Shown: one piece after another, positions 61,541 through 64,000 of the stretch | How the letters are laid out: every line of letters begins with the position of its first letter | How positions within the stretch are numbered: the stretch's first letter is position 1 | Origin: Dissulfuribacterales bacterium | GTDB lineage: Bacteria; Desulfobacterota; Dissulfuribacteria; Dissulfuribacterales; DYLC01 | Assembly (NCBI GenBank): GCA_041287365.1 | Contig: JBEULL010000020.1 | Span: 3,426-67,425, forward strand | Direction: 5' to 3' | Length of the DNA: 64,000 nt | The notes under the pieces: generated by a model | What the model was told of the DNA's origin: nothing | The model's input: only the letters and a program-made list of their open reading frames with translations | The model's database searches: none | Translations under genes and position numbers: made by a program

Positions 61541-61745
61541 GAAAAAAAAGAAGAAAGCAAAGAAGAAAGGACCAATAAGAAAGGACGGCCAATAAGAAAG
61601 GACAGGCATATCTTTTAAAATAAAATTTAATAATAAAATACATTAATAAAGATATGCCTGTCCTTTCTTTTCTCCGCTTTCTTTTCTCCCTCCTTTCTTT
61701 TCTCCTTTTCTCCCCCTTTTTTTTCTTTTCATTGCCTTCTTTTCC
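61541..61745. repeat. 76-bp palindromic element A (61594-61669) with flanking truncated end-repeats
   Basis: 22-bp perfect arms AAGAAAGGACAGGCATATCTTT / AAAGATATGCCTGTCCTTTCTT around a 32-bp AT spacer; left-side partial copies of AAGAAAGGAC, right-side copies of CTTT(T)CTCC. Confidence 0.9.
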
Positions 61746-61975
61746 ATGATATCTTTCTGAGGTCTTATGTGACTGACAATCTGGTGTCGTATTTTTTAAC
61801 GCCACTCGCTGGAAATCACATAAAAACACGCTGAATCAGAAGTGACGAACGGTTCAGCGTTGTTGTTTCGTTTATAGGTTTGGGTCGTAAAAAATTAAAT
61901 TGGCTTGTCATTCGTTATGTTTTTTATTATATATCGATGAACGGAGATTATGAAATTCTCACTCGCGAGGCGTTT

Positions 61976-62695
61976 ATGGATGCTTTCAGTAGAATGAAAA
62001 TAAAATTCTTTGATCTGATCGAGGAAAATCAACTTGGGTCGGTTCCGGTTCGAGTAAATGTTCGCAGCCTGAAACCGGGAGAGGCCATTGGGAATCCAGA
62101 AGACCGGGATTATCCCCTGATCAAGGGCCGTGAGCGGTTATTGGAAGCGGAAATCCTGGGCAGCCGGGGGCAGGCGTTTACGGACACCACCGGCTCCTTT
62201 TGTGGCGCATTGAAAGATGTGGCTCTCTTGCAGCTGGATGGTAATCGCTCCCGCGCGATTTTCATCGCCGCTCTGAACGCCTTGATGCGACATTTAGGCT
62301 TGATCGAAAAAACCATCCATTGCAAAGATGCGTCCCCGCCTCTTTGCGCCTCGGAACTGGTCAAGCATATTCAGGAAAATTTCGGGAATCCGCGGGTGGC
62401 CATGATCGGCTTTCAGCCTCGCATGGCGCAAGCATTGGCCAAAACTTTCGCCCTGCGGGTTACGGATCTTGACGAAGACAATATCGGACAAACGAAATTC
62501 GGTGTTCTGATTGAGGGACCGGAGCAGACCCCAAAGAACATTGAGTGGTGCGACCTTGCATTGGTGACCGGAAGCACCATCTCCAACGGAACCATTTGTG
62601 ATCTGAGCAGTAAACCCACCCTTTTCTTCGGGGTTACCATCGCCGGGCCGGCCCTCTTGCTAGGCCTGAATAGATATTGTCCTTTCGGCTCTTGA
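61976..62695 (+). CDS. DUF364-like (Rossmann-like, putative metal-binding) protein
   Basis: EAIG.P...DYPL.KG.E...EA...G..GQAFTD, RA.FIA.LNA, TIHC.D..P..C, LVTGST..N; ATG 61976 after GAGG. Confidence 0.75.
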   Translation: MDAFSRMKIKFFDLIEENQLGSVPVRVNVRSLKPGEAIGNPEDRDYPLIKGRERLLEAEILGSRGQAFTDTTGSFCGALKDVALLQLDGNRSRAIFIAALNALMRHLGLIEKTIHCKDASPPLCASELVKHIQENFGNPRVAMIGFQPRMAQALAKTFALRVTDLDEDNIGQTKFGVLIEGPEQTPKNIEWCDLALVTGSTISNGTICDLSSKPTLFFGVTIAGPALLLGLNRYCPFGS

Positions 62696-62705
62696 AAAGC
62701 AAAGC

Positions 62706-62781
62706 AAGAAAGGACAGGCATATCTTTATTAATATATTTTGTTATTAAATTTTATTTTAAAAGATATGCCTGTCCTTTCTT
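62706..62781. repeat. 76-bp palindromic element B
   Basis: Same 22-bp arms as element A; spacer is the reverse complement of A's spacer with 2 mismatches. Confidence 0.9.
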
Positions 62782-62938
62782 TTCGTTCACCAAGACAGAC
62801 CCGAGTGTTGTCATCATAGGCGCGGGCGTCCTTGGGGCGGCATTATTCTGAAGACAATGAAAAAGGCGATAAGGGATAAGACGGATGCAACCGCTCATTG
62901 CAGATTGAGCGATGCCCGCGCGCAACCGGATGCAGGCA

Positions 62939-64000
62939 TCAGATATCCAAAGGGCTTCGCACGCCAAGAAGATTTCTTTTTGCCACATGGGTATAGATCA
63001 TGGTGGTCTGAAGGTTTGTATGACCCAGCAGCTCCTGTAACGTCCTGACATCATATCCTGCTTCAAGAAGATGGGTGGCGAAGCTGTGTCTCAGCGTGTG
63101 AACCGATGCCTGTTTTGCAATCCCTGTCTTCATAAGCGCCTGTTTGAAGGCCTTCTGAACCGTTGTCGGAAAGATATGATGCCTCCTGACCCGTTTTGTT
63201 ATTGGATCAACTGACAGGCTCGCAGAGGGAAAGACCCAGAACCACGCCCATTCCTTTCCTGCATTTGGATATTTCAGGCCCAGGGCATCGGGCAGCCAGA
63301 CCCCGTCAATATTATTCTTGCGGTCCTCATCATATAACTTTCTGACTTTGTTAAGGATATGTTCCCTAACCAGTTCCCTGACAGACTCGGCCAGAAGCGT
63401 CTGGCGGTCTTTATCCCCCTTGCCGCTTCTTACTGTCAACGCGCCCCTTTCAAAATCCACATCCTTGATGCGCAGTTTCAGACACTCTTCAAGCCTGAGA
63501 CCTCCACCATAAATGAGGGTCGCCATCAGCTTTGTCGTGCCTTCCATGGCATCGAGAAGCCTCATCACCTCCTGCCTGGAAAGCACAACTGGCAGACGTT
63601 TGGGCCGGTTAGATCGCACCGCAGCATCCATATCCTTGATTTCCTTGTCAAGCACATGACGGAAGAGGAAAAGCAAGGCATTAAATGCCTGATTTTGAGT
63701 TGCAACAGCCGCCTTGCCTTCTACTGCAAGATGACTCAGAAAGTTTTCAATATCAGATTGCTCTATTGAATTTGGCAGCTTATGTCCAAGATAGGCTGCA
63801 AAACGCCTGACCCAACCCAAGTAGGTCTGCTCTGTATGATAGGAACGATGGCGAAGCCTCAAGGCCTTTACCATGAGATCGCCAATGTCTGCCCAGCCCT
63901 GTTGTGCTTCAACGCCGCTATTTTCAGAATCTGTTTTTTGTGCCTTTTCTGTGAAGTAGATGAAAAGCCTCACAGCCTCCTTGGCCTGCAAGACCTGCAA
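62939..64000 (-). CDS. intI: integron integrase, long form (5' end outside window)
   Basis: Tyrosine recombinase residues GLRLEE, GKGDKDR, HTLRHSFATHLL, LLGH and TTMIYTH, plus IntI-specific insertion V.LP.AL..KYP.A..EW.W.WVFP....S.DP....RRHH. Confidence 0.95.
   Translation of the reverse strand: MQVLQAKEAVRLFIYFTEKAQKTDSENSGVEAQQGWADIGDLMVKALRLRHRSYHTEQTYLGWVRRFAAYLGHKLPNSIEQSDIENFLSHLAVEGKAAVATQNQAFNALLFLFRHVLDKEIKDMDAAVRSNRPKRLPVVLSRQEVMRLLDAMEGTTKLMATLIYGGGLRLEECLKLRIKDVDFERGALTVRSGKGDKDRQTLLAESVRELVREHILNKVRKLYDEDRKNNIDGVWLPDALGLKYPNAGKEWAWFWVFPSASLSVDPITKRVRRHHIFPTTVQKAFKQALMKTGIAKQASVHTLRHSFATHLLEAGYDVRTLQELLGHTNLQTTMIYTHVAKRNLLGVRSPLDI

Noticed and set aside
61541..61745. CRISPR array
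   Set aside because: Repeats are unequal truncated copies with no unique ~30-nt spacers, and there are no cas genes in the window.
61479..61829. 116-aa ORF on the - strand
   Set aside because: Low-complexity translation of the purine/pyrimidine tracts and the palindrome.

Overview
A mostly core-genome chromosomal window from an anaerobic bacterium. Gene content (Re-citrate synthase, iorAB, selA, sigma54 promoters) suggests Desulfobacterota; this is inference. Positions 1-53 kb hold housekeeping genes: aspS end, queC, parAB, pgi-like, gyrB, dnaN, tRNA-Arg(CCG), iorAB, scpB, a Pat/HDAC/AcuB/ACD/Pta-like acetylation cluster, a DtxR-feoAB locus, pyrF, selA, rlmH, purB and a TIGR03916/TIGR03915-type pair. 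The window probably spans the replication origin near 18.7-19.0 kb: strand skew flips there, with a perfect parS at 20707, parAB nearby and a V-shaped AT-rich gradient, but no dnaA. From about 53 kb it is accessory-like: a radical SAM pseudogene, an EAL-CBS-GGDEF gene between inverted MITE-like repeats, an uncharacterised three-gene operon (carboxylate-amine-ligase-like, PSD-like, Lgt-like), two 76-bp palindromes bracketing a DUF364-like gene, and an integron integrase. The best candidate novel system is that three-gene operon. It has a PhoB-type promoter and could build a phosphorus-free membrane lipid. Other highlights are an unannotated sigma54-driven anti-Shine-Dalgarno sRNA, the integrase-adjacent palindromic cassette, and an iota-class carbonic anhydrase. 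All calls were made by eye; no database searches were run.
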